Shown: positions 8,031-17,818 of the stretch, piece after piece
Position numbering within the stretch: position 1 is the first letter of the stretch
Layout: every line of letters starts with the position of its first letter
IMG/VR virus record: IMGVR_UViG_3300020161_000581
Location: 1 to 46,828 of that record
Length of the DNA stretch: 46,828 nucleotides
Origin: a virus
Lineage: Duplodnaviria > Caudoviricetes
Reading direction: 5' to 3' (one strand)
Translations under genes and position numbers: made by a program
Notes under the pieces: model-generated
The model's input: the letters and a program-made list of their open reading frames with translations, nothing else
Told to the model about the DNA's origin: nothing
Database searches by the model: none

Positions 8031-8689
8031 TCCATCTCCTTATATAATTGTTTAAGTCCTCGTAGAGTTCCAATATCCATATACTGTCCGCCTGGTCTTA
8101 CCGCCTTAATATTAAATCCTTGAGATATCCATTCTTTTAATTGCTTTCCTGGGTGGTCTAGCTTAGGATCTATGAATCTTATCATATTATTCTGAAATAG
8201 CATAGTGCCCCACATGTCTAAATAATTACAATTATCTGCTTTATCTTCTGAGTCGACGACTTTATTATTAGAAACCAGCACTTGCCCAACACGACCCTTT
8301 AGGGCATCTACACATTCCCAGATTCCCAAAACAAGATCTGCATTGTTTTCTTGAAATAATCCTTTGTATATATTACTTGAAGAATTTAAAATAAAAGTAT
8401 CTGGCATTCCTACAAGAACTGTGTCGTTGTAATCTCCGACCATATATTTAACTGCGTCTGACATTGTTGAAGGCTCACGAACCATTATTTTAACATTCAT
8501 GTCCATATTTTGAATAATAGGAACCCACTCTGATCGTGTAGAAATTCTAACCTCATCGCATAACTCTAGCATTTGTTCTACATGCCATTGAAGTAACGAT
8601 CTTTCATCTGATATCGGCAAACAAAATTTAGGAATTCCTCCAATTCTAGATGCTTTACCTGAAGCTGGTAACACTCCTATCGTAGCCAT
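8027..8689 (-). CDS. Sugar-phosphate nucleotidyltransferase (RmlA/GalU-like NTP transferase)
   Basis: GVLPASGKASR..PKFCLPI signature, GMPD, C-terminal YMDIGT. Confidence 0.8.
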   Translation of the reverse strand: MATIGVLPASGKASRIGGIPKFCLPISDERSLLQWHVEQMLELCDEVRISTRSEWVPIIQNMDMNVKIMVREPSTMSDAVKYMVGDYNDTVLVGMPDTFILNSSSNIYKGLFQENNADLVLGIWECVDALKGRVGQVLVSNNKVVDSEDKADNCNYLDMWGTMLFQNNMIRFIDPKLDHPGKQLKEWISQGFNIKAVRPGGQYMDIGTLRGLKQLYKEME

Positions 8690-9321
8690 TCCTGTTCCCT
8701 TCTTCTAGATAATGACCAGGGGTTTGGATTTTCAAAGTTACCATTTCTTTTACACTCATAATATTCTTGGTTCTTTAAAAATGTTTCGTGGTTTCTATTT
8801 TTAAGCTTGTCATCGCTATTAATTGTTTGACTTCCAGATTCTGGTGCGGCCTGTATTGATGTTGAAATTATTGTGTTTTCAGGACAAAATCTCGCAACTC
8901 TTTCATGAAAATCATTATCTTCAAAATAAATTGGGTAGTAGTATTCATCAAATAGGCCAACTTTTTCTATCACATTTTCTCCAACAGAAAAACATCCATA
9001 GGAATCATTTGTAAGAATTAATTTATCAGGCCCACTTAACTCATCTATCTCTTGTAATGCTGTCTCTCCCCAAGTAGTGTCGGCAGAAGCAAATAGCCAG
9101 TATTTAGAATGAGGGTAGCATTTTATTCCTAGATTCCAGGCAGCAGAAAGTCCTAGATTTGCTGGCATGTTTAGAACTTTAATATTATCTTTTTGTGTTT
9201 TAAATTCTCCGCCATTGTCTATAATTAATATATTGTCAATTGGATAATTAATTGATTCTAACATAGAGTCTAGTAAATCGTATCTATTTAATATTGGAAC
9301 TATAAGTACTGGTATGCTCAT
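8677..9321 (-). CDS. Glycosyltransferase family 2 (GT-A fold)
   Basis: VPILNRYDLL, IIDNG, NLGLSAAWNLG, VGLFDEYYYPIYFEDNDF. Confidence 0.85.
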   Translation of the reverse strand: MSIPVLIVPILNRYDLLDSMLESINYPIDNILIIDNGGEFKTQKDNIKVLNMPANLGLSAAWNLGIKCYPHSKYWLFASADTTWGETALQEIDELSGPDKLILTNDSYGCFSVGENVIEKVGLFDEYYYPIYFEDNDFHERVARFCPENTIISTSIQAAPESGSQTINSDDKLKNRNHETFLKNQEYYECKRNGNFENPNPWSLSRRREQEWLR

Positions 9322-9464
9322 CGCTTTTTAATTAGTCCAAACTGGTCTAGATATCTTTGTATTGTCATTGGCGAAACTGCACATTCAATTGCAATTTCTG
9401 TAACTGTCTTTTTTTGTATAACGTATCTTCGGTATAGCCAAGGATGGCTTTGATACAGTTTCAT
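9318..9464 (-). CDS. 48-aa helix-turn-helix DNA-binding micro-protein
   Basis: Manual: MKLYQSHPWLYRRYVIQKKTVTEIAIECAVSPMTIQRYLDQFGLIKKR*; ATGA overlaps at both ends. Confidence 0.8.
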   Translation of the reverse strand: MKLYQSHPWLYRRYVIQKKTVTEIAIECAVSPMTIQRYLDQFGLIKKR

Positions 9465-10027
9465 CTTTTAGTTAAAACTTGATTTGAGTAATGGGCAATT
9501 CCAAAACTATCTGCAACATCAAAATCAGTTAAAGATAAATTATATTTATTATTAAAATAATCTACTGTTCTTTGTTTACGCATATTTCTCAGTTGATTTT
9601 TGTACCAAGAGTCTGCGTACCCTGGATTTTTTAATCTTATTGCAGATTTTTCATCCTTTGTTGGATTTTTGTTACCAATGTACGCCTGCCACGAGGATGG
9701 GCCAATAGTAATAACCTTAGCGCCAGTAGACATAAGCTCAGCAATAACAACACCATAGACATAAGATAATTTTATCACAGCATCTGGGGATCTGACAAGT
9801 ATTGCGCCTTCTACAACAATATAATCAGACTTTAATTCATTAAGCATTGCTTTCATCTTAATTTTTGCATCATATATCTTTTCATATATGTCGGACCCAG
9901 ATAACTCTATTTTGCCCCACTTTAATGGAACATCATTTTCCATTAAACAAAATGCTACTGAGTTGGTAGAGGCGTCTATTCCTAAAACTCTGCTTGCTTT
10001 AGTTTTAACTAAACTAGCTAAGTTCAT
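9461..10027 (-). CDS. ruvC: RuvC-like Holliday junction resolvase
   Basis: VLGIDAST, IVVEG, FDVADSFGIA catalytic acidic motifs. Confidence 0.8.
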   Translation of the reverse strand: MNLASLVKTKASRVLGIDASTNSVAFCLMENDVPLKWGKIELSGSDIYEKIYDAKIKMKAMLNELKSDYIVVEGAILVRSPDAVIKLSYVYGVVIAELMSTGAKVITIGPSSWQAYIGNKNPTKDEKSAIRLKNPGYADSWYKNQLRNMRKQRTVDYFNNKYNLSLTDFDVADSFGIAHYSNQVLTKR

Positions 10028-10292
10028 TTAGAATGTTCCATATGGCTGCCTTGGCTTCTTGGTTAATATTTTTTTCACAAGAAGAGCATACAGGTTGTTG
10101 ATTATATCTACTTAACTTAGTTTTACATGATTTACAAACTCTTAATGCTCCATTTTTAATTGCTTTTTTTTCATAATATTTTTCCATTATTTTTCTATTT
10201 GTAGAAATACGACAACATTGCTCATTACAATATTTTTGATTATGTGTTTTGGGTTTAAAGTCTTTACCACATTCTTTATTAAAACAAATCAT
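10014..10292 (-). CDS. Cys-rich zinc-finger protein
   Basis: CFNKEC, YCNEQCC, CKSC, CSSC. Confidence 0.7.
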   Translation of the reverse strand: MICFNKECGKDFKPKTHNQKYCNEQCCRISTNRKIMEKYYEKKAIKNGALRVCKSCKTKLSRYNQQPVCSSCEKNINQEAKAAIWNILNELS

Positions 10293-11074
10293 ATAGTTGG
10301 TACCTTATAAGATTCTATTTGAACTGTTCCAGTAAGTCCTGCGTAGCATTCTTTTTTAACTGGGCAATATGTGCAAGGCATTTTAGATTTTGTAGCCCCA
10401 GATGGCTTCATTGGAAGATCTCCATCTTTAAAATTATCCCAAACTTCACACATCCAAGTAAAAGTTTCTTCAATAATAGCGGTATTTTTTTCATTCATGG
10501 ATACTGGGATAACAATGAGTTCCTGAGTATTTTTGTTTTCATACAGGAAAAATCCTTCTTTAGCTTTTTTTAATTTCATATAAGTAAGTAGCTGTAGTAG
10601 GTGGTTTGCTGTAGGTTTCATTTCTGACTGCCTTATGTCCCAGACCTCTTGCTTTGCTGTTTTTATTTCACCAACTACTGTTTCGCCATCATACTCCATA
10701 ATAATATCTATGAATCCTCTAATTGGAGGATATTCATTAACAATTTCTTCTTCTTCTGCCTTCCATTCTGGCATAGTTGCAATAAGTTTTTGAAGTCTTT
10801 CGTGAGCCTGTGTTCCTTGTGCCATATTAGCAACAGCAACAGCATCGTTATCGTCTATAAACATTGCACCAGAAAATGCCATATACCAATATCTTGGGCA
10901 AGTCCCGTGACCATATCCAAGTGAGCTTGGGCTAAATGATTTTTTTGTCATTTCTCCGCTTGGCCGTTTTGTATTTCTGTAAGACTCATCAAGAAGCTGG
11001 GCAAACAATTCTGGATCAAAAAACTTTCCAGTATGTTTCTTAAACTTAAGATTCTTTACTATATCTCTACTCAT
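10289..11074 (-). CDS. Cas4-like / PD-(D/E)xK exonuclease with Fe-S cysteines
   Basis: CPRYWY, GTQAHE, GFID...GEIKT, QLLTY, CTYCPVKKEC. Confidence 0.85.
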   Translation of the reverse strand: MSRDIVKNLKFKKHTGKFFDPELFAQLLDESYRNTKRPSGEMTKKSFSPSSLGYGHGTCPRYWYMAFSGAMFIDDNDAVAVANMAQGTQAHERLQKLIATMPEWKAEEEEIVNEYPPIRGFIDIIMEYDGETVVGEIKTAKQEVWDIRQSEMKPTANHLLQLLTYMKLKKAKEGFFLYENKNTQELIVIPVSMNEKNTAIIEETFTWMCEVWDNFKDGDLPMKPSGATKSKMPCTYCPVKKECYAGLTGTVQIESYKVPTI

Positions 11075-11421
11075 TATGAATTGTACCTAACGACATATTT
11101 AAGTGCATCTACAAGTTTGTCTAAAGACTCTTTAACTGAATAGTAAACATTTTTCTTGTTATTGTTTTCAGTGCCAGCTTTATCTTTCATAATTGTAGAA
11201 TATACTGACGCAAGTATTGAAAATTTTGTTGACATTGCTTGTAGCTCCATAATTAAATGTGGTGCCTTAGCAGAAGGCACATCTGGGTTCATTAACAATT
11301 TTACCACAATTGCAAGAGCTTTATCTAAATGTTCATCCTTCATAAACTCATGTAAATCATTGAATTCAGTAATATCACTAATTAATTCTAATGTGTTTTT
11401 TGAATCAGATTTATTTTCCAT
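11074..11421 (-). CDS. Helical hypothetical protein
   Basis: 115-aa ORF coupled to the exonuclease gene. Confidence 0.65.
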   Translation of the reverse strand: MENKSDSKNTLELISDITEFNDLHEFMKDEHLDKALAIVVKLLMNPDVPSAKAPHLIMELQAMSTKFSILASVYSTIMKDKAGTENNNKKNVYYSVKESLDKLVDALKYVVRYNS

Positions 11422-11515
11422 CTTTATTTACCCAATCAGTATAATATCCAGCCCATAACCCTATTGGATATGCAATTAAAAATCCAATTAAAACTCCTAT
11501 AAAAAATTTAATCAA
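11411..11515 (-). CDS. 34-aa single-pass membrane micro-protein
   Basis: Manual: TTG-start MIKFFIGVLIGFLIAYPIGLWAGYYTDWVNKDGK*; TTGA overlap with the upstream stop, fills gap. Confidence 0.6.
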   Translation of the reverse strand: MIKFFIGVLIGFLIAYPIGLWAGYYTDWVNKDGK

Positions 11516-12327
11516 AAGTGTAGTCTCCATATTCCATCACACTTTAAAGCATGTGCCTGTAAAGTAATCCTGCGTTCATTTGTTGTTGCATTAATTGGCG
11601 GTGTTACTTGATGCCAAGGGTCTCCAATTACATAAAACATACTGCCTTTAAAATACTCTACAATTTTAGGATATTCCATATCAAATTCTGCAATTTTATC
11701 CGAGTTAAACGGGTATCCTGAAACTTCTTTAATTTTATTTAATGCTTCCATTCCTTGCCTTTTAACAGTATTTGCGTATTCGCTGTTTGAGTCTATATTC
11801 ATTTCTTTATCCCAGACAGCTAAACCAGAACCATTGTTGTGTACATCAAGTGCAACTGTTATTGTTAATAAATCTTCTTCCACATTTTTATACTTTGACC
11901 AAAATTCTTTGTGGTCGTATGAGACTTTATCTGAATGAAGTTCTGTTGAGTAACCTAAATTAGGTATGGAAACAGGTGATGTCATATTCTCTTTTTTTAA
12001 TCCAAATATTTGAAACCCAGGTATTGCTAAGTCATCTGCTAGCGCACACGGTCCAACTATTGAGTTTAAATTTTTTAATAATATATCATATAATTCAGAA
12101 AAATTTTCCTTGAGTATTGGATTCATTTTTGTATATGACTTTACATATTGATCTGGTCTGGAACCGTTATAAGTATCTAAATAAGATGCTCCACCCATGG
12201 TATAAAACATATTTAAACCATTTCTTGGTCTAGCAGTCCAATATTTATTTAATGAATCAATTTTAGACACAATATCTTCGCACTGTTCTTCAGTTAGCAA
12301 CCTAACTAATCCAGATTGTTTTATCAT
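11512..12327 (-). CDS. 2OG-Fe(II) dioxygenase-like protein
   Basis: HxD (ELHSD), distal His (WHQV), 2OG-binding Arg (RRITLQ), GSGL strand. Confidence 0.7.
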   Translation of the reverse strand: MIKQSGLVRLLTEEQCEDIVSKIDSLNKYWTARPRNGLNMFYTMGGASYLDTYNGSRPDQYVKSYTKMNPILKENFSELYDILLKNLNSIVGPCALADDLAIPGFQIFGLKKENMTSPVSIPNLGYSTELHSDKVSYDHKEFWSKYKNVEEDLLTITVALDVHNNGSGLAVWDKEMNIDSNSEYANTVKRQGMEALNKIKEVSGYPFNSDKIAEFDMEYPKIVEYFKGSMFYVIGDPWHQVTPPINATTNERRITLQAHALKCDGIWRLHF

Positions 12328-12455
12328 TTTTTTACTTTCTTTTTTGATTTATATGGACCTAAATCAGCCTTTATGCTTCCATCTTTTCTAATTCTTACTA
12401 TTCTACCATTTTTAATAACAGTAGGATTAAAAGGTATTTTATTATTTGATCCCAT
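12324..12455 (-). CDS. 43-aa basic micro-protein
   Basis: Manual: MGSNNKIPFNPTVIKNGRIVRIRKDGSIKADLGPYKSKKKVKK*; GGAGGAG RBS; ATGA overlap downstream. Confidence 0.7.
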   Translation of the reverse strand: MGSNNKIPFNPTVIKNGRIVRIRKDGSIKADLGPYKSKKKVKK

Positions 12456-12756
12456 TTTTCTCCTCCCAACATTCTAATATTTGTTCTAAAAGTGCCCATT
12501 CAATAACAGCAAGCCTTGTTTTATTGCTAGTGGAGCCAAGTATTAGTTTAAGTACTGGATACTTATCCCTGCTGACCTTAAAAGTATCTGTACAAATTTT
12601 AGCCCACATACTTTGCGAAATAGAGATTGACTTTTCGTACTCTTTATAATCCACCACAAAGTCTCTCCATTGAGCGTCACCTTTTTGATAATTACCACGT
12701 CCGCTATTTTTTTGTTGTTTTGCTCCGTCACGCTTAGCCTCCGATCTTTCAGACAT
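12442..12756 (-). CDS. Small PD-(D/E)xK nuclease (Hjc/resolvase-like)
   Basis: SE...NSGRG...KGDA...VVDYKE pattern next to recA. Confidence 0.55.
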   Translation of the reverse strand: MSERSEAKRDGAKQQKNSGRGNYQKGDAQWRDFVVDYKEYEKSISISQSMWAKICTDTFKVSRDKYPVLKLILGSTSNKTRLAVIEWALLEQILECWEEKNGIK

Positions 12757-12944
12757 TAATTAACCTTATGTTGGTTGCTATGCCCATCTGGGCATTGCCA
12801 AGACATAATTAAATTTGCTGGGTCCCAGAAAGATTCCTGTGCGTCTTTATTGCATTTGCCGCAAGGCTTTGTTCCAGGTATTACTTCTAAATCTTTTTTA
12901 TGCAATATTTCTGGTTTTTGAAAAAACTCATTAATTTTTGGCAT
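12756..12944 (-). CDS. Small Zn-ribbon protein
   Basis: CGKC...CPDGH. Confidence 0.6.
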   Translation of the reverse strand: MPKINEFFQKPEILHKKDLEVIPGTKPCGKCNKDAQESFWDPANLIMSWQCPDGHSNQHKVN

Positions 12945-13935
12945 TTATATCCTTTTGCAGCTTAGCAATTACTTTTGGGTTTTCTTTGAGATATGAAACT
13001 GCTTTTGCACGTCCTTGAAATCTTTCTTCATTAACTGTATACCAGGCTCCACCCTTTTCAATAATTCCGCACATCTCTGCAACATCTAGTGTCTCACCAA
13101 CACTATCTACGCCAAGAATTTCTCCTTGATAGTAAAAGTCATATTGTCCTGAAAGATTGGGTGGGCCAAGCTTATTGTAATCAATAATCCAGTTAACTGG
13201 CCTTCCAACTCTTTGTTCAATAATTTTGTCTCCAACTTTAACTCCAGCTTTAATTGCATTTGCCTCAGCTTCAGAAGACCATAGTTTAATTACTGTAGAA
13301 GAAAAGAATTTTACTGCCATACCTCCTGTTGGAATATGGCTGGCATGCATAGATCCAAATTGATTTCTTTGTTGTGATATAAGAACAAGTAATGTATTTT
13401 TGTTTGCATAGTTTAACATTTTTACTGCGTGTGTCATATCTTTTGCTTCTGCGCCGATCTGCTTAGTGTCCTGCAGATCTTTCATTTCATTTCCATCTTT
13501 TTCAAAATAAATTGCTGGCAATAGAGCAGATATTGAATCTACTACAATTAAATCTACCCCTGCGTCCATAAGTTTAGTTGCAACATCAACCATATCGTTA
13601 ACTGTTTTAGCTGAAGAATAAATTAATTTTGATGAATCTACACCTAATTGTTCTGCCCAAGATTGATCATATGATGCTTCTGCGTCGATCCAAGCACACG
13701 TTTTTCCTTCTTTTTGTGCAATAGCAATCATTTGTAAACAGAATGATGATTTACCAGCAGACTTATTTCCCCAAACTAAAACTTGTCGGCCATATCCAAG
13801 TCCGCCTTTAAGCGCCATATTTAAACCTATGCTTGGTGTAAGTTGTTTTTCAACTTTTATATCTTGTGCTGATTGCACTCTTGCTCTTGTTTTTGGATCT
13901 AGTTTTGCTAATACATCATCTATTAAAATTGTCAT
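12931..13935 (-). CDS. recA: RecA/UvsX-like recombinase
   Basis: Walker A GNKSAGKS, WIDAE, IVVDSISAL, PTGGMAVKFFSS, KGGAWY, FQGR. Confidence 0.93.
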   Translation of the reverse strand: MTILIDDVLAKLDPKTRARVQSAQDIKVEKQLTPSIGLNMALKGGLGYGRQVLVWGNKSAGKSSFCLQMIAIAQKEGKTCAWIDAEASYDQSWAEQLGVDSSKLIYSSAKTVNDMVDVATKLMDAGVDLIVVDSISALLPAIYFEKDGNEMKDLQDTKQIGAEAKDMTHAVKMLNYANKNTLLVLISQQRNQFGSMHASHIPTGGMAVKFFSSTVIKLWSSEAEANAIKAGVKVGDKIIEQRVGRPVNWIIDYNKLGPPNLSGQYDFYYQGEILGVDSVGETLDVAEMCGIIEKGGAWYTVNEERFQGRAKAVSYLKENPKVIAKLQKDINAKN

Positions 13936-13957
13936 TGTTTTCTTTCTCTATATGCTC

Positions 13958-13966
13958 ATTATAGCA
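13958..13966 (-). promoter_or_regulatory. Extended -10 promoter TGCTATAAT upstream of recA
   Basis: Exact motif 22 nt before the ATG. Confidence 0.65.
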
Positions 13967-14035
13967 TTAAAATCAAGCTCTGTGTCATTATAATTAAAGT
14001 CTTTTGACCTTTTATTTAAAATTGGGGCAGGAACT

Positions 14036-14275
14036 TTATTCATCTGATTTTGCATCAGCATTCTGATTATCAGCTGGTTGTTCAATTTTCTCCTTTAACT
14101 CAAACACAAATGAAGATGTATCTTCGTCGTACTCAACATTTAAATTCTTATCTCCTTTTGACGCATTTAAAAACACATCTATTGGAATAGATATCTTTTT
14201 CTGTGAGTCTAAAATAGCTACTAAAATGTTAGTAGCGCTCATTGCTTTATATACCTCTGCTGGTGTCTGGGTCAC
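14036..14275 (-). CDS. Hypothetical protein
   Basis: 79-aa ORF, GTGA overlap with dnaE stop, AAGGAG RBS. Confidence 0.65.
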   Translation of the reverse strand: MTQTPAEVYKAMSATNILVAILDSQKKISIPIDVFLNASKGDKNLNVEYDEDTSSFVFELKEKIEQPADNQNADAKSDE

Positions 14276-17200
14276 TTTATCTCCTTTATCATTAATGTGC
14301 CGTCATCCAATTTTGACAGAACTGGTTTACTTTTCATTCCTTCACGCATTCTTGCTAAAACTTTTGTATACATTGTTGGAAATGCAATTGCCCTAGTCAG
14401 TTGTTTATTTTTATCTGACATGACTATGTGGGCCATTGTTTTACCAGCTTTAGTTTTATATGGACTAAAGTTAATAACTATCTGCTCGTCATCTTCCATG
14501 TCATATTCTTTTCTATATAAATAGTCTACAAATAAATCTGAGCCGTTTGGGTCCATGTCGTTTATCTTAATGTATCTTGCTATTCTATTGTCTCCAACAA
14601 GAATAAAATACATTTGCCCAGTCTCTATTTGAGTTTGCTCATTATGAAATAATCCAATTGATCCAGTTTCATCTACTAACTCAACTCTTGCCCAACCAGT
14701 TCCTCTTTTAATGCTTTTAACCATACCAAACATTGGAAAAGAACCTAAGTCATCAAACTCTTCAATTGGTTTTGCTTGTGCTTTAATTCTAGGTGGAATA
14801 GATTCTAAATTGAATGTAGGAATTCCTAAGTATTCGTAGTAGTTTTCTTTTTCCTTACCGTCTCTGAGATTGTCCTCAAAAGCAGAACCGCCAATAGCAT
14901 TAAGAGCAGATACAGCCCTACTGTTAATACCGCTACCTTTCGTAGAGGCTTTTTGTACGAAATCGGAATAATTGGCATAAGGCCTTCTTTCTATGATTTT
15001 ATTTGCAATGCTATCTGAAATAAATTTAACTTCAGCTAATCCAAATTGAATTGCATTTTCTTTTAATGAAAAATAAAGTTCAGATTCATTAATGTGAGGT
15101 AGCAATATTTTAAGGTTTAATCTTTTAGCCTCAATTAAATATTCTGTTCTTTTATCTTTATCATTTTCGTTTTTAAGAATTGAAAAAATGAATTCAAGAG
15201 GGTAATACTTTTTAAGCCAAGCCGTATAATAACTAAGCATGGAATAAGCAACAGCATGACTACGATTAAAAGAGTAGCCAGCATGAGCCTCAAAGTCACT
15301 CCATAAAGACTGGGCCTTTTTCTCAGAAATGTGTTTTGAAGCCCCAGCAATAAACTGATCCTTGAACTGGTCGAACTCTTTTGCATCTTTCTTCTTTCCG
15401 ATAATCTTGCGGACCTTATCGGCCTCTGACCAAGACATACCACCTAAGTGTACGCAAGCCTGCATGACCTGCTCCTGATATATGATAACACCATATGTGT
15501 TCTCGGTAAAGGGTTTCATAATTTCATGAACATACGATACTGCTTCTTCTCCATGTTTTCTTTTAATGTAAGAGGCTCCCACCGTATTCATTGCTCCTGG
15601 TCGTACTAGGGCATTTGAAGCAGCAAGATCTTCAAATTTATCAACACCCATTTTAATTAATAGATTTGTGTAAGGAGTTGCTTCAGCTTGAAACACTCCT
15701 TTTGTATATCCTTCGCTTAGCACCTTATAAACTTCTTTATCGTCCATGGATAAACTTGATAAAACTATATCCTTGTTGTGTCTTTCTTTAATAGCTTTTA
15801 TGGTGTCTGAAATAACGGAAAGTGTTTTTAGTCCTAATGCGTCTAGTTTAATTAGACCAATATCTGCAACTGTATCCATGTCGTATGCGACTACTGGTAT
15901 TCGTCCAGAAACTTGATCTTGTGCGTCTGCCCTAGATTCTATTGGGGCAAAATTTCTAAGGTCGTCTTTGGCAACTACAACACCAGCAGCATGAACACCA
16001 ACGCTTCTAATTTTGCCACGTAGTTTTTCTGCTAGCCATGTCACTTCTGGATACTTCATTCTAAACTCTTTTGTGTTTGGAGACTCCATATAGTCTTCAA
16101 AAGTATCAATTGATTTTAGTGCACGATTTACGTCTTGTAGCGGAACCATAAATACACGAGCCGCATCCCTAATGACTCCTTTATCTTTAAAGTAAGTATA
16201 TGTAGAAATTGACGCTACGTGTTTAAATTTTTTCTTTAAATAATCTTTTACTTCTTTTCTTCGGCGATCTTCAAAGTCCGTATCAATATCTGGAAAGTCA
16301 TTACGCTCTGGATTAATAAATCTAAAAAACAAAAGATCATATTCAATTGGGTCCACATCGGTAATCCCTAATGCGTAACACACCAAAGAGCCTGCTGCGG
16401 AACCTCGGCCTGGACCAACCATAATGCCATTTTCTTTAGCCCAATTAATCATATCTGCAACAACCAAGAAATAGGAGGCAAAATTTTTATCTTTAATAAT
16501 CTCAAGCTCTTCTATAAGCCTTTGGTCATATACGTCATTTCCTAGCCAGTTCTCTCTCAGGCGTAGCCTTTCTAGGCCTTCAAAGGCCATATCAGACAGT
16601 TTTTGGTCGGCATTGGTCTTTGGGATAGGGAGTAGGTCTAGACCCCTGTTAAAATCGTATTCTCCAATTTTTTCGGATATCTCCATAGTATTCTCATAAA
16701 TGTCTACTCGTTTAATTCCAGCCTCATTAAAATCAGATTCAATTTCAGATCTAGACTGAATAAATAAATTATAATCCTGAAATGAAATTCTACGGTCAGG
16801 ATAAAGATAATTAAATCTATCTAACATGTTATTCATATTTCTAGACATTTCAAAGTCTGCTTCTTTATCCGACTTGGGTGAGGTAGATAAAATTAACATG
16901 GCTTCCTCTAAAATCTTATCTTCGCCTTTAGCAAAATGAGCATCTCCAGTTGCTACTGGCTTTATGCCTAATTCATCTGCAAGCTTTAATAGATTTTCAT
17001 TTATTTCTTTGGGGTTATGAGATTGAACTTCAATGTAAAAGTCTTCGCCAAAAGTTTTCTTAAAATCTTTAAGAATAATTTTTGCTTCCTCAAGCTCTCC
17101 CTTTTCAATGCACTTGCTAATAAGTCCATTAAGGCATCCAGAAAGAACAATAATATCTTTTGCATATTCTTTGAGAACCTCCATATCAATACGTGGCTTA

Positions 17201-17553
17201 TGATAAAAACCTTCATTCCATGCAATTTCCTGTAAACTATTAATATTTTTTAATCCATTTTGATTCTTTGCTAATAAAATAATGTGATTGTATGCCTGAA
17301 TGCCTTTATCTGTTTTAGATGATCTATCAAATCTATCCGTTGGGGATATGTAGGCTTCCACTCCAAGTATTGGTTTAATGCCCAATTCTTTTGCAGCAAT
17401 CTGCATATCTCGGTGTGATGATAGTGTACCGTGATCTGTAATAGCAATAGCGGTTTGCCCAGCGTCTAGTGCTGCTTGGCATAGTTCTCTTGGAGAATTA
17501 AGTCCATCCATTAAAGAGTAATAGCTGTGAACGTGTAGGTGTGTAAAACTCAT
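14272..17553 (-). CDS. dnaE: DNA polymerase III alpha subunit (family C)
   Basis: PHP HLHVHSYYSLMDG, TDHG, GRGSAAGS, FPDIDTD, HAAGVV, KLDALGL, GVFQ, YSFNRSHA; start set at MSFTH (ATG 17553). Confidence 0.97.
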   Translation of the reverse strand: MSFTHLHVHSYYSLMDGLNSPRELCQAALDAGQTAIAITDHGTLSSHRDMQIAAKELGIKPILGVEAYISPTDRFDRSSKTDKGIQAYNHIILLAKNQNGLKNINSLQEIAWNEGFYHKPRIDMEVLKEYAKDIIVLSGCLNGLISKCIEKGELEEAKIILKDFKKTFGEDFYIEVQSHNPKEINENLLKLADELGIKPVATGDAHFAKGEDKILEEAMLILSTSPKSDKEADFEMSRNMNNMLDRFNYLYPDRRISFQDYNLFIQSRSEIESDFNEAGIKRVDIYENTMEISEKIGEYDFNRGLDLLPIPKTNADQKLSDMAFEGLERLRLRENWLGNDVYDQRLIEELEIIKDKNFASYFLVVADMINWAKENGIMVGPGRGSAAGSLVCYALGITDVDPIEYDLLFFRFINPERNDFPDIDTDFEDRRRKEVKDYLKKKFKHVASISTYTYFKDKGVIRDAARVFMVPLQDVNRALKSIDTFEDYMESPNTKEFRMKYPEVTWLAEKLRGKIRSVGVHAAGVVVAKDDLRNFAPIESRADAQDQVSGRIPVVAYDMDTVADIGLIKLDALGLKTLSVISDTIKAIKERHNKDIVLSSLSMDDKEVYKVLSEGYTKGVFQAEATPYTNLLIKMGVDKFEDLAASNALVRPGAMNTVGASYIKRKHGEEAVSYVHEIMKPFTENTYGVIIYQEQVMQACVHLGGMSWSEADKVRKIIGKKKDAKEFDQFKDQFIAGASKHISEKKAQSLWSDFEAHAGYSFNRSHAVAYSMLSYYTAWLKKYYPLEFIFSILKNENDKDKRTEYLIEAKRLNLKILLPHINESELYFSLKENAIQFGLAEVKFISDSIANKIIERRPYANYSDFVQKASTKGSGINSRAVSALNAIGGSAFEDNLRDGKEKENYYEYLGIPTFNLESIPPRIKAQAKPIEEFDDLGSFPMFGMVKSIKRGTGWARVELVDETGSIGLFHNEQTQIETGQMYFILVGDNRIARYIKINDMDPNGSDLFVDYLYRKEYDMEDDEQIVINFSPYKTKAGKTMAHIVMSDKNKQLTRAIAFPTMYTKVLARMREGMKSKPVLSKLDDGTLMIKEIK

Positions 17554-17759
17554 TAGTAACCGCCTAAGCAAATATTTCTTGTGTGATAAAGTCTAGTTTT
17601 TATTATTGTTTTCTTACTTGGAGCAAACATAACTTCTGAACATGTCGAGCACTTGTAGCTCCACTCTTTAGCAAAATAATCATATGTTGAGCCAACACAG
17701 TTTATATTTTTATTTTTTACAAAGGTGGCAAATGGATCTGGTATCTCATAAGTTATCAT
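17553..17759 (-). CDS. Small zinc-finger protein (CxxC...H...C)
   Basis: CSTC...LYHTRNIC; coupled to dnaE. Confidence 0.6.
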   Translation of the reverse strand: MITYEIPDPFATFVKNKNINCVGSTYDYFAKEWSYKCSTCSEVMFAPSKKTIIKTRLYHTRNICLGGY

Positions 17760-17782
17760 ATATGGATTCTACTAAATAAAAC

Positions 17783-17806
17783 TGGGGGTGGCAATAGCCA
17801 CCCCCA
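17783..17806 (-). terminator. Intrinsic terminator after the SSB gene
   Basis: 10-bp stem TGGGGGTGGC-TATT-GCCACCCCCA followed by GTTTTATTT. Confidence 0.85.
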
Positions 17807-17818
17807 AGTCTATTTAAT

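Noticed and set aside
10289-11074. Cas4-like gene as evidence of a CRISPR-Cas system
   Set aside because: No repeat-spacer array or other cas genes seen; solo Cas4-like exonucleases are common in phage recombination modules
13948-14085. 31-45-aa ORF (MNKVPAPILNK...) upstream of recA
   Set aside because: No RBS or motif and it runs through the recA promoter; could be a gene remnant but is unsupported
4144-17225. Nested minus-strand ORFs 4144..4389, 12543..12731, 15135..15443, 17001..17225
   Set aside because: Fully inside well-supported genes in another frame, with no motifs
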